From: Bacteroidota bacterium
GTDB taxonomy: Bacteria > Bacteroidota > Ignavibacteria > UBA10030 > JAHEZR01
DNA: 64,000 nucleotides
Reading direction: 5' to 3'
Assembly: GCA_049589195.1 (NCBI GenBank)
Contig: JBAWAH010000021.1
Coordinates: 30,649-94,648, forward strand
Part shown: positions 10,933 to 20,182 of the stretch, one piece after another
How positions within the stretch are numbered: the stretch's first letter is position 1
Layout of the letters: each line of letters opens with the position of its first letter
Notes under the pieces: model-generated
Database searches by the model: none
What the model saw: only the letters and a program-made list of their open reading frames with translations
What the model was told of the DNA's origin: nothing
Position numbers and translations under genes: made by a program

Positions 10933-11826
10933 CTACTTTGTATCAAAAATAAGTGGCAAACCCGTTTTACCACCCCCGATGACAACGATCTTCGCGTTTG
11001 GAGATGCAGCTAACTTCTCCGTCGTCTCGATTCCCTTCCAGTGCAGGAGCTGTTCACTGATACTGAGGGTGATAATTTTTTGAAAATCAGAAATCCCCTG
11101 GGCTTCGATCCGCTTCCGCTCTGCTTCCTGCCGCTCTTTCGTGAGGACAAATTGCATCCGCTGGCTCTCCTGATCGGCTCGCAGTTTCTCCTCGATGGCG
11201 CGTGTAAGGTCCGGCGGCAGTCCGACGCGGCGCAGAGGCGTGCTCTCGACGGTAATGCCTCGTGCCTCAATTTTCATTGCCAGATCCTTTTGAATCAGTT
11301 GGGTCAACATCTCTCGCTCTGAGGTGTAGAGAGCTCGGGCTTCATACCCCGCAGTGACTCCACGGCTAACGGCTCGGAATTGAGGGACGAGGATGATATC
11401 GACATAATTCCCGCCCTCGACGGTTTTATAAACATCGGCTGCCCTATCCGGATTCAAATGGAACAAGGCACTCATCTCTAGTTGAACAGTGAGGCCTTCC
11501 TTCGACGGAACATCCATCGTTTCTTTGATTTCTTGTGTCTGGATTGACATCTTGACAACCGTTGCCATCGGGTTGACGAAGTTGATTCCCGCCTTCAGGG
11601 TGTTGTCTGACACAGTACCAAAGAAATCCACTACTCCGACGTGACCGGCAGGGATGACTGTGAAGAACTGAACCAAAGCAACGAAAATGAACAGAACCAT
11701 CAAGACATACGCGATCCTCTTCGTAGTCTCGAAGGCGGGGTTCCGCTGTTCTTTGACCTTTTGTTGTGCACCTCTCCAGATGAAAAAAGCGGAGATGGCA
11801 ACAATGAGGCTGAGAATGAATAACAT
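10933..11826 (-). CDS. SPFH/band-7 (prohibitin/HflC-like) membrane protein
   Basis: N-terminal TM helix followed by the SPFH core (VIPAGHVGVVDFFG...); length 297 aa. Confidence 0.8.
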   Translation of the reverse strand: MLFILSLIVAISAFFIWRGAQQKVKEQRNPAFETTKRIAYVLMVLFIFVALVQFFTVIPAGHVGVVDFFGTVSDNTLKAGINFVNPMATVVKMSIQTQEIKETMDVPSKEGLTVQLEMSALFHLNPDRAADVYKTVEGGNYVDIILVPQFRAVSRGVTAGYEARALYTSEREMLTQLIQKDLAMKIEARGITVESTPLRRVGLPPDLTRAIEEKLRADQESQRMQFVLTKERQEAERKRIEAQGISDFQKIITLSISEQLLHWKGIETTEKLAASPNAKIVVIGGGKTGLPLIFDTK

Positions 11827-11874
11827 GACGACCTCCGTCAGTAATGAAGATGAGTGGATGGTGAATTAAGACAT

Positions 11875-12594
11875 CTAAAACAAAGACTCTTGATGTCCTG
11901 CCTGGAAGGTTTTTGGTGCTTCACCTCTGCGAAGAGCATTCACGAGAAGATGGGCCTGACGAGTTGGCTCAGGGATTCGGTACTCCCTCGTGCAACGCAT
12001 AACGATATCGATTGCACTCTCAAGGTTGACACGATGGCCTATGGAAACGAAAACGGGATTTACGCCGTCCTGTGTTCTGACTGCTGCTCCGATGACCTCC
12101 TCGCCGTCCATCAGGGGCGAAGAACATCCAGCTTTGATTTCGGGTTCTTCAAATTTCCCGATGAGGAGTGTTTTTGCACACCCGACTGTAGGAAGATCAA
12201 CCAACACTCCGAAATGCGAAGCGATGCCAAATCGGCGTGGATGAGCGTAGCCTTGCCCGTCGATCATCACCAGGTCTGGTTCAACGGAAAGCTTTTCCCA
12301 AGCTTCGAGCAGAGGAGGTGATTCGCGAAAGGAGAGAAGGCCGGGAATGTAGGGAAACTTGATTCGAGTTATCGCTGTCGACTGGCCCACTTCGGTGAAC
12401 TCAGGCAGTTCGAGAACCACGACTCCAGCGTAAACGACATCGGATCCTTTGTCGAATGAGATGTCGCAGCCCGCGACATAGTGCACCTCTTCGGCGAGAG
12501 GCGCTACGACAAGCTTCGAGCGCAATCTCTGCTGGATGTCAATTGCTTCTTTCGGAGTGACATCCCACCGATGCAGTTGTTGAACAGGTGGCAT
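11875..12594 (-). CDS. nfi: Endonuclease V (deoxyinosine 3' endonuclease)
   Basis: Strong similarity to E. coli Nfi motifs (YIPGLLSFRE, DGQGYAHPRRFGIASHFGVLVDLPTVGCAK, IPEPTRQAH). Confidence 0.85.
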   Translation of the reverse strand: MPPVQQLHRWDVTPKEAIDIQQRLRSKLVVAPLAEEVHYVAGCDISFDKGSDVVYAGVVVLELPEFTEVGQSTAITRIKFPYIPGLLSFRESPPLLEAWEKLSVEPDLVMIDGQGYAHPRRFGIASHFGVLVDLPTVGCAKTLLIGKFEEPEIKAGCSSPLMDGEEVIGAAVRTQDGVNPVFVSIGHRVNLESAIDIVMRCTREYRIPEPTRQAHLLVNALRRGEAPKTFQAGHQESLF

Positions 12595-12657
12595 CGCATC
12601 TTCTCCTACGGACTCCTCGGGCGAGAATAGGGGGAGGGGTGGTCTTCATGACGCACG

Positions 12658-13812
12658 TTATGAAGAGATGGATTGTTCCTGCATTGCTTCCATGGCTTTT
12701 TCGAGGAGAATCTCTTTCGCCATTTCCATCGTTTCCTGGATTGACCTCTGGTTCGGCTGGGAGTGAGAATCGCGTAAGCAGTACAGCGCTTTCAGGCCCA
12801 ACGTCTGCTTCAAGTGTTCTTTGTCTCCTTCGATGGATCCTGCAATGGCCACAACCGGAATTCCAAATGTTCTCGCTCGCTGGACGATTCCTGTGAGAGC
12901 TTTTCCGTATGCTGTCTGTTCGTCCACTTTTCCCTCTCCGGTGATGATTAGGGATGCTCCGACGAGTTTTGTGTCAAACTTCAGCTCGTTGAGAACAAAC
13001 TCCACACCGGATTGCATGGTTGCATTCAGGAAGGCAACACAGCCCGCTCCCAGTCCACCAGCAGCGCCGGCTCCTGCGACCTCAAGAAGATGAACACCAA
13101 TATCGCGCTTTATTATTGAGCCATAATGCTCAAGTGCCCTGTCGAGCAGTTGCACATCGACCCTCGTTGCTCCCTTTTGAGGACCGTAGACTGCTGAAGC
13201 TCCCCGCGGACCGCAAAGGGGATTTCTCACGTCGCTGGCGACGATGAATTTCGTTTGCCTTATCCTACGGTCAAGCCATGAAATATCAATTTGATGGAGT
13301 TCCAAGAGTGCAGCACCGCCTCGTCCTACCTCAATGCCGTCCTTGCGAAGAAGACGTGCGCCAAGAGCTTGGGCCATTCCTGCACCGCCATCGTTCGTAG
13401 CACTTCCGCCGAGGCCAATGACGATCTTCTCCGCCTTCAGACCAAGAGCTGCTCTGATGAGTTGTCCAACGCCGCATGTTGTTGTGAGTTTTGGATCTCG
13501 CCTCTCCAACAGCACAAGCGAGAGCCCAGCGGCTGCGGCCATTTCGATAATCGCAACCGACTCATGTCCGAGCGTTCCCCAGCGGGCGTTTACTCTCTGC
13601 TGTGGAAGTGGACCCATGACCTCAGTTTCATAAACCCTGCCACCACTTCCCCTGACGAGAGTATCGACGAAACCTTCTCCGCCGTCGGAAAGCGGAAACT
13701 CAACGACTTCAGCTTGAGGGAGAGTTCTTTTGACGGCCTCGGCAATACGCTCAGTAGCTTCGATTGCGGAAAGAGATCCTTTGAAGGAAGTCGGGGCAAC
13801 AATGATCTTCAT
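12658..13812 (-). CDS. glxK: Glycerate kinase
   Basis: MKIIVAPTSFKGSLSAIEA...DGGEGFVD N-terminus characteristic of the GarK/GlxK family; 384 aa. Confidence 0.85.
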   Translation of the reverse strand: MKIIVAPTSFKGSLSAIEATERIAEAVKRTLPQAEVVEFPLSDGGEGFVDTLVRGSGGRVYETEVMGPLPQQRVNARWGTLGHESVAIIEMAAAAGLSLVLLERRDPKLTTTCGVGQLIRAALGLKAEKIVIGLGGSATNDGGAGMAQALGARLLRKDGIEVGRGGAALLELHQIDISWLDRRIRQTKFIVASDVRNPLCGPRGASAVYGPQKGATRVDVQLLDRALEHYGSIIKRDIGVHLLEVAGAGAAGGLGAGCVAFLNATMQSGVEFVLNELKFDTKLVGASLIITGEGKVDEQTAYGKALTGIVQRARTFGIPVVAIAGSIEGDKEHLKQTLGLKALYCLRDSHSQPNQRSIQETMEMAKEILLEKAMEAMQEQSISS

Positions 13813-13962
13813 GGATTTTAAGGTAAAGAATTTTGCCTATATGGGCAACCCAAAACACTCCTTGAATTCCATCCTCCTCATGCCGAGCCGTGGTTGAAGC
13901 TCAGGGATATTTTCGCTACATTCGTGGTGAAGTATCCCACTCACATTTTGGAAGGATGTTCG

Positions 13963-14787
13963 ATGCTGAATGTTGCAGTCGAAGCGGCAAAAGAGGCAGG
14001 AAAATTCTTGAAGCTCAACGTTGGGAAGGTGAAGGAGATCCACCGCAAGGTCGGCCAGGCAACCAACCTTGTGACGGAGATCGACCGCCAATCGGAACAA
14101 CTGATCATCGATATCATCAAGAGACACTTTCCACACCACGATTTTCTTGCAGAGGAAGGCGGACTTCGACAGGGAGAGTCGAGTGCAGGAGGCGCGACGA
14201 AGTCCGAATACAGGTGGATCATTGATCCACTCGACGGCACCGTGAACTATACTCACGCCTTTCCGTGCTTTGCAGTCTCGATCGGTCTTGAGAAGAATGG
14301 AGAGGTCATCCTCGGGGTTGTGTATGACCCAAATTTCGACGAGATGTTCACTGCAGAGAAGGGGAGAGGGGCATTTATGGACGGGAAGCGATTGTCGGTT
14401 TCAAAGGCTGACGTGCTTATCTGGAGTCTCTTAGTGACGGGTTTCCCGTACAACATCAAAGACAATCCCGATCATGCGATCGAACATTTTGTAAACTTCC
14501 TGAAAGAGGGCCAGGCTGTGAGGCGGATGGGATCAGCTGCGATAGACCTCGCATACATCGCGGCGGGCAGGATTGATGGGTTCTGGGAGGTCACGCTCAA
14601 CCCATGGGATGTCGCAGGAGGCATACTCCTGATTGCAGAAGCTGGCGGCAAGGTGACCGACTTCCTCGGCAACCCGTATAGCATCTACGGAAAATCTATC
14701 CTCGCCAGCAATGGCATCATTCATGAAGAGATGGTACGCGTGCTGAAGAAAGCTTTGGATGGGGGTGGAAGCTCTGTCGCGGTGTAG
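13963..14787 (+). CDS. suhB: Inositol monophosphatase family protein (SuhB-like)
   Basis: MLNVAVEAAKEAG start typical of SuhB, preceded by GGAAGGA RBS; motifs EEGG and WIIDPLDGTVNY (IMPase metal site). Track ORF starts earlier at a TTG (13894). Confidence 0.8.
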   Translation: MLNVAVEAAKEAGKFLKLNVGKVKEIHRKVGQATNLVTEIDRQSEQLIIDIIKRHFPHHDFLAEEGGLRQGESSAGGATKSEYRWIIDPLDGTVNYTHAFPCFAVSIGLEKNGEVILGVVYDPNFDEMFTAEKGRGAFMDGKRLSVSKADVLIWSLLVTGFPYNIKDNPDHAIEHFVNFLKEGQAVRRMGSAAIDLAYIAAGRIDGFWEVTLNPWDVAGGILLIAEAGGKVTDFLGNPYSIYGKSILASNGIIHEEMVRVLKKALDGGGSSVAV

Positions 14788-14865
14788 TCGGAAAAAGTGT
14801 GTCTGTCGAGAGAATAGAATTCGGTTTAAGCAAAGACCGAGCCACATTCCTAAAGCGGCGCTCGC

Positions 14866-16860
14866 ATGTTAAGCCTATTCGACATCAATCTGATCAAAGT
14901 CGAGCTGGGAACCATTGGTCCTTCTTTCACAGGCATTGGAGTCGTTGGAGAAGGAAGTGAGAAGGTCACACCGACGTGGCCACCCGATAACCTCGTAGTA
15001 CCGTGGCAAGATCTTCAAGCGAGCGACGTGTTCTCTCTCTTGAGCTGGCACGCTGAGGTCTCAGACTTCGTTGGTCGCCAGAACGAGATGAAGGAACTTT
15101 CAATCTGGGCAGATGAGAGCGCTGCCGTTTCCGTTAAGTTTGTGACAGGAGAAGGAGGTGTGGGAAAGAGTCGTCTAGTGGCAGAATTTGCGACGGACAG
15201 ACAGAAGCGAGAATGGAGTGCAGGCTTCGTGAATCCCCGAAAGGTTCAGTCATTCCCCTTAAGAAAAGAAGGCACGTTGCTGGTCATTGACTACCCTGAG
15301 GAAAGTTATCAAGCTGCGGTTGACCTGCTTGCCGATCTTGGAAGACTTGGCAAGTCTTATCGCATGCGCATTCTCTTCCTTACTCGCCGGGAGGTTTCTG
15401 ATTGGCACCAGGCGATTCACGATGCCAATGCAGCGCCCCTTGTGGATAAGAAGCCGGTTGCAGTGCACAGGCTAAGCAAGGAAGCGTCTCACAAGTTGTT
15501 TTGCTCTGCCCAGGAGCGCGCAGCAGGAGTTCTCAAAACGGTTCCGCTGCCGGTCTCGGAAGATGATTTGGAGGAATGGGTTCGCTCAGCGCCGGAGAAC
15601 AGCCGGGCGTTATTTATTGTCGCTGCAGCAATCTACAGCGCAGTCGATCCAGAATGCGAGGTTCTGAAATACTCTCGGAAAGAGATTATGGAGGCTCTCG
15701 TTGAGAGAGAGGTGACCCGGCTTCGCCGCACTGCAGAGAATTATGGGTTTCGGAGTAGGACAACCTTGGCAAAACTTCTGGCACTTGCAGCGTTTGCGGG
15801 TGAGCTGCCGTTAGCGACGGTAGACAAGCTGATCGAGCTGCCAAAGTCACGTCTGGATTTTCCACCAAACAGAGACAGACACGAGATCCTTGAGGAAGTA
15901 GGGTTGATGAAAGATGGCATCATTGTGTCGCCAAAGCCGGACATTCTGGCCGCTGCCTTCGCAACGCTTGTGCTGAAAAACGACCCCGCGATTGCACCTG
16001 AGTTGATTTGGGCTTCCATGCTGCACGATCTCGAGGCATCGTTGGAGAGATTGGCCAGATTGAGCTACGACGCTGAGGTGGTGGTCGGCTTACATGATCA
16101 CAAAATAAGTATTTGGCTGGGGCAAGCGTTAAACAACAAGCCAGACAGGTGCAGGAAAACGGACCTATTAGATTTCAGGGAGAATCTGCCCCTCGGTCTC
16201 CACCCAGCAGCAGTTGTTGCATGCCGAGAGTTACTCCAGCTTGCCAGCGACAACGAAGAGAAGGGACGGTTGCTTAATAACCTCTCCATCAGGCTGAGTG
16301 ATGTTGGAGACAGACGGGGTGCACTGGATGCGATCAAAGAAGCTGTGGAGATTCGTCGCCGATTAGCCGTAGCGAACCCTGCTGCATTTGAGCCCAATCT
16401 TGCGACGAGCCTGAACAACCTCTCCGGCAGGCTGAGTGATGTTGGAGACAGACGGGGTGCACTGGATGCCATCAAAGAAGCTGTGGAGACCTATCGCCGA
16501 TTAGCTGCGGCGAACCCTGCTGCATTTGAGCCCGATCTGGCGACGAGCCTGAACAACCTCTCCGGCGGGCTGAGTGATGTTGGAGACAGAGGGGGTGCAC
16601 TGGATGCTATCAAAGAAGCTGTGGAGATCTATCGCCGATTAGCTGCAGCGAACCCTGCTGCATTTGAGCCCGACTTGGCGAGGAGCTACGGGACCCTTGG
16701 GCGAGCCTTGCGCTCGTTGGGTGAGAAGGAAGCAGCGTGCAATGCATTTAAGGAAGGAATTCGGCTGTTGGAGATATATGCCACAGCACCTCCAGATGAT
16801 CCACGTGCTCGATTGCGGGCAGTGCTCCTGAACGATCTGAGGGACACGGGCTGCACGTGA
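14866..16860 (+). CDS. STAND-class NTPase (NB-ARC-like P-loop ATPase) with C-terminal TPR repeat array, 664 aa
   Basis: FVGRQNEMKEL motif just before the Walker A GEGGVGKSRL; Walker B LLVIDYPEE; sensor-like ILFLTRR; a helical domain; then repeated 46-aa TPR-like units (LNNLS.RLSDVGDRRGALDAIKEAVE..RRLAAANPAAFEP.LA). No recognisable N-terminal effector domain, only about 60 aa before the NTPase. Confidence 0.7.
   Translation: MLSLFDINLIKVELGTIGPSFTGIGVVGEGSEKVTPTWPPDNLVVPWQDLQASDVFSLLSWHAEVSDFVGRQNEMKELSIWADESAAVSVKFVTGEGGVGKSRLVAEFATDRQKREWSAGFVNPRKVQSFPLRKEGTLLVIDYPEESYQAAVDLLADLGRLGKSYRMRILFLTRREVSDWHQAIHDANAAPLVDKKPVAVHRLSKEASHKLFCSAQERAAGVLKTVPLPVSEDDLEEWVRSAPENSRALFIVAAAIYSAVDPECEVLKYSRKEIMEALVEREVTRLRRTAENYGFRSRTTLAKLLALAAFAGELPLATVDKLIELPKSRLDFPPNRDRHEILEEVGLMKDGIIVSPKPDILAAAFATLVLKNDPAIAPELIWASMLHDLEASLERLARLSYDAEVVVGLHDHKISIWLGQALNNKPDRCRKTDLLDFRENLPLGLHPAAVVACRELLQLASDNEEKGRLLNNLSIRLSDVGDRRGALDAIKEAVEIRRRLAVANPAAFEPNLATSLNNLSGRLSDVGDRRGALDAIKEAVETYRRLAAANPAAFEPDLATSLNNLSGGLSDVGDRGGALDAIKEAVEIYRRLAAANPAAFEPDLARSYGTLGRALRSLGEKEAACNAFKEGIRLLEIYATAPPDDPRARLRAVLLNDLRDTGCT
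16279..16692 (+). repeat. Three near-identical in-frame tandem repeats of 138 bp (46 aa) encoding TPR units inside the STAND gene
   Basis: Direct comparison of 16279-16416, 16417-16554 and 16555-16692 shows only a few substitutions per unit. Confidence 0.85.
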
Positions 16861-16907
16861 GTTGTGCACAGGCCCGAACGGATCACGGCTCGAGGATGGA
16901 AGAATGC

Positions 16908-16946
16908 AAAAAAGGCGACCCCAACGAGATCGGGACCGCCTTTTTC
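16908..16946. terminator. Bidirectional intrinsic terminator between the convergent STAND and ferredoxin genes
   Basis: AAAAAAGGCGACCCC-loop-GGGACCGCCTTTTT: a GC-rich hairpin flanked by an A-tract on one side and a T-tract on the other. Confidence 0.5.
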
Positions 16947-16969
16947 ATTTCATGGAGGTGTGCTAGAAT

Positions 16970-17407
16970 CTAGAACTTCTTCAGCAGATCAAAGAAGATC
17001 ATCCCGAACATCAAAAGGAAGACGAGGCCGAACCCCAGAAAAATCCCAAAGAGAATCGTCCGCTGCTTTGTCAGTTCTTTGTCAAGCTCAATCCCTGGTT
17101 GAGTCACGACCTTTACATCAGCATTGACTGTGACCTGACACGAGAGGCGAAGGTTTGGAGTGAGCCTCTTCGCGCGGAGGAACTTCCCGACAAGCGTATT
17201 CTCTTCAGCAGGAGTTCGAGCGGGGATTCCTTTCCCATCGAGGATCTCCACCCGGCATGTGCCGCAGAGCCGGTGGCCTCTGCAATTGACAAGTCTGTTG
17301 ATCCCTTTGTAAAGGGGAATCTGACATTTGAGAGCAAACTTACGGAGGTTCGTCCCCGGAGGAACGTCGTACCGCTTCCCTTCCTTGACAAACTCGACTA
17401 CTGGCAT
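16970..17407 (-). CDS. 2Fe-2S ferredoxin-like protein with C-terminal transmembrane anchor
   Basis: Cys pattern C-x5-C-x2-C...C (NCRGHRLCGTCRV...LSCQV) of plant-type 2Fe-2S ferredoxins; hydrophobic C-terminal helix. Confidence 0.6.
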   Translation of the reverse strand: MPVVEFVKEGKRYDVPPGTNLRKFALKCQIPLYKGINRLVNCRGHRLCGTCRVEILDGKGIPARTPAEENTLVGKFLRAKRLTPNLRLSCQVTVNADVKVVTQPGIELDKELTKQRTILFGIFLGFGLVFLLMFGMIFFDLLKKF

Positions 17408-17437
17408 TGAGATGTAATACCTGGATGGAGAATGAGA

Positions 17438-17893
17438 TTAGGTTTTGTACTTCTTTTCTGCGTGACCCGGAACGGTAAACAGATAGCTGTGGAGGAATTC
17501 GATCTTTTCATCTTTCTCGTCCATCTCTACCCTGAGCAAGTCCCGAAGCGAGATAAGACCAAGAAGTATATCTTTCTCCACGATCGGAAGGTGACGGCAT
17601 GAAGCCTGCTTCATCTTCCAGACACACGATTCGCAGCTCTCATCCGCACTGGCAACGACCAGGTCCTTTGTCATTACATCCTCGACCTTCGTCGCTTTGG
17701 GTTCAGACCCTCGGGCAACCACGCGTGTGATGACATCGCGCTCCGAAAAAATCCCTACTAGTCGTGTCCCGTCGAGGACAGGGACAGCACCAACATGCTT
17801 GGAGGCCATGTAAAGCGCAGCCTCGTGGACTGTGACATCCCTCTGGATGGCGTACACTTCACGCCCGGCGACAAGACTTCGAACAGTCTTCAT
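17438..17893 (-). CDS. CBS-domain pair protein
   Basis: Tandem CBS motifs (HVGAVPVLDG..LVGIFSERDV; CRHLPIVEKD..LLGLISLRDLL); start probably at the internal MKTVRSL. The track ORF extends to 17974. Confidence 0.7.
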   Translation of the reverse strand: MKTVRSLVAGREVYAIQRDVTVHEAALYMASKHVGAVPVLDGTRLVGIFSERDVITRVVARGSEPKATKVEDVMTKDLVVASADESCESCVWKMKQASCRHLPIVEKDILLGLISLRDLLRVEMDEKDEKIEFLHSYLFTVPGHAEKKYKT

Positions 17894-17961
17894 TATCGCA
17901 CCTTTCCCAAGAATAAAAATAATTCCGAACTGAATCAAGCGGTTGTGGCCGTCTTCCTCTC

Positions 17962-19314
17962 TCACCCTCCCCACGGACGTACGATGACGTTCTCTGGTTT
18001 CGCCGCGTCGATCTCAATCTTGCTCAGAATGAGAGGGCGTGCTTGCGGCCTCGACGCAGAGTATCGGATAGCACCTTCGATGCGAGATTTTGCAGAGGAA
18101 ATTCCCTCTCGACGATCTGCATAAATCGTAGCGACGCGCTCGCCTCGCTGGATGGGGTCGCCAATCTTTTTCTTGAAAACCACACCCGCATTTGGATCGA
18201 TCTTGTCCCTGATCTTCTTTCGTCCTGCTCCGAGTTCAATACAGGCCAGTCCAATCTCCAGTGCGTTGATGCTCTCGACATACCCGTCGCCGCTGCTCAA
18301 AATGTCCACGCTGTGCTTCGGGTATGGATACTGATCGGGGTTTTCGATACACTTTAGGTCGCCTCCCTGCCGACTAACGAGCTCGAGAAACTTCTTGTAT
18401 GCTCTACCTGACTCCAAAGCACTCTTGCTTTCATCCATTCCATACTTGATCGTGCTTGATCTCCCTCCAAGCATCAGCATCGCCCCAGCAAGTGCACAGG
18501 TGAGTTGAACGAGGTCCTCAGGCCCTCGGCCTTGAAGGCATTCAATTGCTTCCACGACCTCGACCCAGTTGCCAACTGCATGCCCGAGTGGTTGACTCAT
18601 GTCGGTGATCAAACTCAGGGTGCGTTTCCCAAACTTGTTTCCGATCGTGACCAACGTCTTGGCTAATTCGACCGCATCATCGTACTTCTCCATGAAAGCA
18701 CCCTGTCCGGTTTTCACGTCAAAGACGAGAGCGTCAGCTCCTTCGGCGAGCTTCTTGCTCATGATGCTGGCGGCGATGAGAGGGATAGATTCGACGGTCG
18801 CAGTGACGTCGCGGAGGGCGTACATGCGTCGGTCGGCTGGGACCAAATCATCAGTCTGGCCAATCATCACAACACCGATCTCAGATATCTGCTTCCGGTA
18901 TTCGTCCAATGAAAGGTCCGTTCGAAAGCCAGGGATTGATTCCAGTTTATCGAGAGTGCCGCCGGTGTGTCCGAGCCCGCGTCCGGAGATCATCGGGACA
19001 GGGACGCCACAAGCAGCGACCAGCGGCGCGAGGATGAGCGATATTTTGTCTCCAACTCCGCCGGTCGAGTGCTTATCGACTTTGATGCCCGGAATAGTGG
19101 AGAGGTCAACCACCTTCCCGGAATTCAGCATGATCTCCGTGAGCCTCGTCGTCTCCTCGAAATCCATCCCACGAAAATAGACTGCCATGAGAAAAGCCGA
19201 CATCTGGTAATCCGGAATTGTCCCCCGGACGTAGCCGTTCACAAGGAATTCCATCTCCTCTTGTGAGAGTCTCTCCCCGGATCGTTTCTTGCGTATGACT
19301 TCGGCTGCGTTCAT
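17962..19314 (-). CDS. deoA: Thymidine / pyrimidine-nucleoside phosphorylase
   Basis: MNAAEVIRKKRSGERLSQEEMEFLVNGYVRGTIPDYQMSAFLMAVYFRGM...KHSTGGVGDK: canonical family 3 glycosyltransferase / phosphorylase signature. Confidence 0.85.
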   Translation of the reverse strand: MNAAEVIRKKRSGERLSQEEMEFLVNGYVRGTIPDYQMSAFLMAVYFRGMDFEETTRLTEIMLNSGKVVDLSTIPGIKVDKHSTGGVGDKISLILAPLVAACGVPVPMISGRGLGHTGGTLDKLESIPGFRTDLSLDEYRKQISEIGVVMIGQTDDLVPADRRMYALRDVTATVESIPLIAASIMSKKLAEGADALVFDVKTGQGAFMEKYDDAVELAKTLVTIGNKFGKRTLSLITDMSQPLGHAVGNWVEVVEAIECLQGRGPEDLVQLTCALAGAMLMLGGRSSTIKYGMDESKSALESGRAYKKFLELVSRQGGDLKCIENPDQYPYPKHSVDILSSGDGYVESINALEIGLACIELGAGRKKIRDKIDPNAGVVFKKKIGDPIQRGERVATIYADRREGISSAKSRIEGAIRYSASRPQARPLILSKIEIDAAKPENVIVRPWGG

Positions 19315-19375
19315 GTCAAAGGGGGGAATTCGGATTTGAGATTTGGGATGTGAGTTGCCATGCTCTGTCCGTCGC

Positions 19376-19579
19376 TCATGCTTCTACTTTCACGGTGAAG
19401 CGGCGTCCGCACTTTGCGCATAAGTACTCAACAGTCACCCAGTTGTTGCGTTCGTAGTATGATATCTCTGCCAGCTCTCCACCGCAACTCTGAATCACGC
19501 ATCGCTTCAGATCGAGGCAATAGGTGCGGTCTTTCGGATAAATGTCCATGTCATCGTTGTCGTTCACGTGCGTTGACAT
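19376..19579 (-). CDS. Small Cys-rich (zinc-ribbon-like) hypothetical protein, 67 aa
   Basis: CxxxxxC...CxxC arrangement (CVIQSC...CAKC); located between deoA and NUDIX on the same strand. Confidence 0.4.
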   Translation of the reverse strand: MSTHVNDNDDMDIYPKDRTYCLDLKRCVIQSCGGELAEISYYERNNWVTVEYLCAKCGRRFTVKVEA

Positions 19580-19657
19580 TACTCTAAGAGAGAATCCGAA
19601 ATGTAGATCGGAATGTCATTCCGATCTACACTATGCTTTGACATCACCCCGCTGTAG

Positions 19658-20182
19658 TCACTTAACAAGGAGGATCCCACAAATCGTTTTTCCATCCACG
19701 ATCTCCTGGCGTTCGATCATATCAATCGCCTGGGACAGCGGAACAATCTCCACCGTCAGAGATTGCTCTCCTTCCTCGAGCTTCTGGCCTGCGACAGAAC
19801 GGGAAAGATCAGTCGCGAGGAAAACGTGGAGCTGTTCTGTGCAGAATCCCGGGCTCGTGTAAATAGCAGTCAGTTTTCGCCAATTCTGTGCCTTATAACC
19901 TGTCTCCTCCTCTAACTCTCGAGCAGCGCATGTTGCAGGGTCTTCGTTCGGGTTGAGCTTCCCTGCGGGAAGTTCATAGAGGAATTTCCCCATCGGATAC
20001 CGGAATTGTCTCACAAGGATGATGCGCTGACCGGGAAACATTGCCAGAACTGCTGCACCACCCGGATGTTCTGCAACTTCACGGATTGCACGGTGGCCGT
20101 TGGGATACTCGATCTGATCGACGATGAGGTTGAAGACTTTCCCATCATAGGGTCTTTTTTTCTCGACGACTTTGAAATCCAT
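19658..20182 (-). CDS. NUDIX hydrolase (ADP-ribose pyrophosphatase-like)
   Basis: Nudix box GKLNPNEDPATCAARELEEETGY. Confidence 0.8.
   Translation of the reverse strand: MDFKVVEKKRPYDGKVFNLIVDQIEYPNGHRAIREVAEHPGGAAVLAMFPGQRIILVRQFRYPMGKFLYELPAGKLNPNEDPATCAARELEEETGYKAQNWRKLTAIYTSPGFCTEQLHVFLATDLSRSVAGQKLEEGEQSLTVEIVPLSQAIDMIERQEIVDGKTICGILLVK

Noticed and set aside
12588-12896. 102-aa plus-strand ORF overlapping the 3' end of the glycerate kinase gene, and the 13291-13821 ORF inside it
   Set aside because: Antisense to a well-supported glxK gene; Ala/Pro/Ser/Arg-rich with no motifs.
16279-16692. Possible CRISPR array, because of regular direct repeats
   Set aside because: The repeats are 138 bp, contiguous with no spacers, in-frame and encode TPR units of a protein, so they are not CRISPR. 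The same reasoning applies to the 840-bp units in the giant LTD gene. No cas genes are present in the window.
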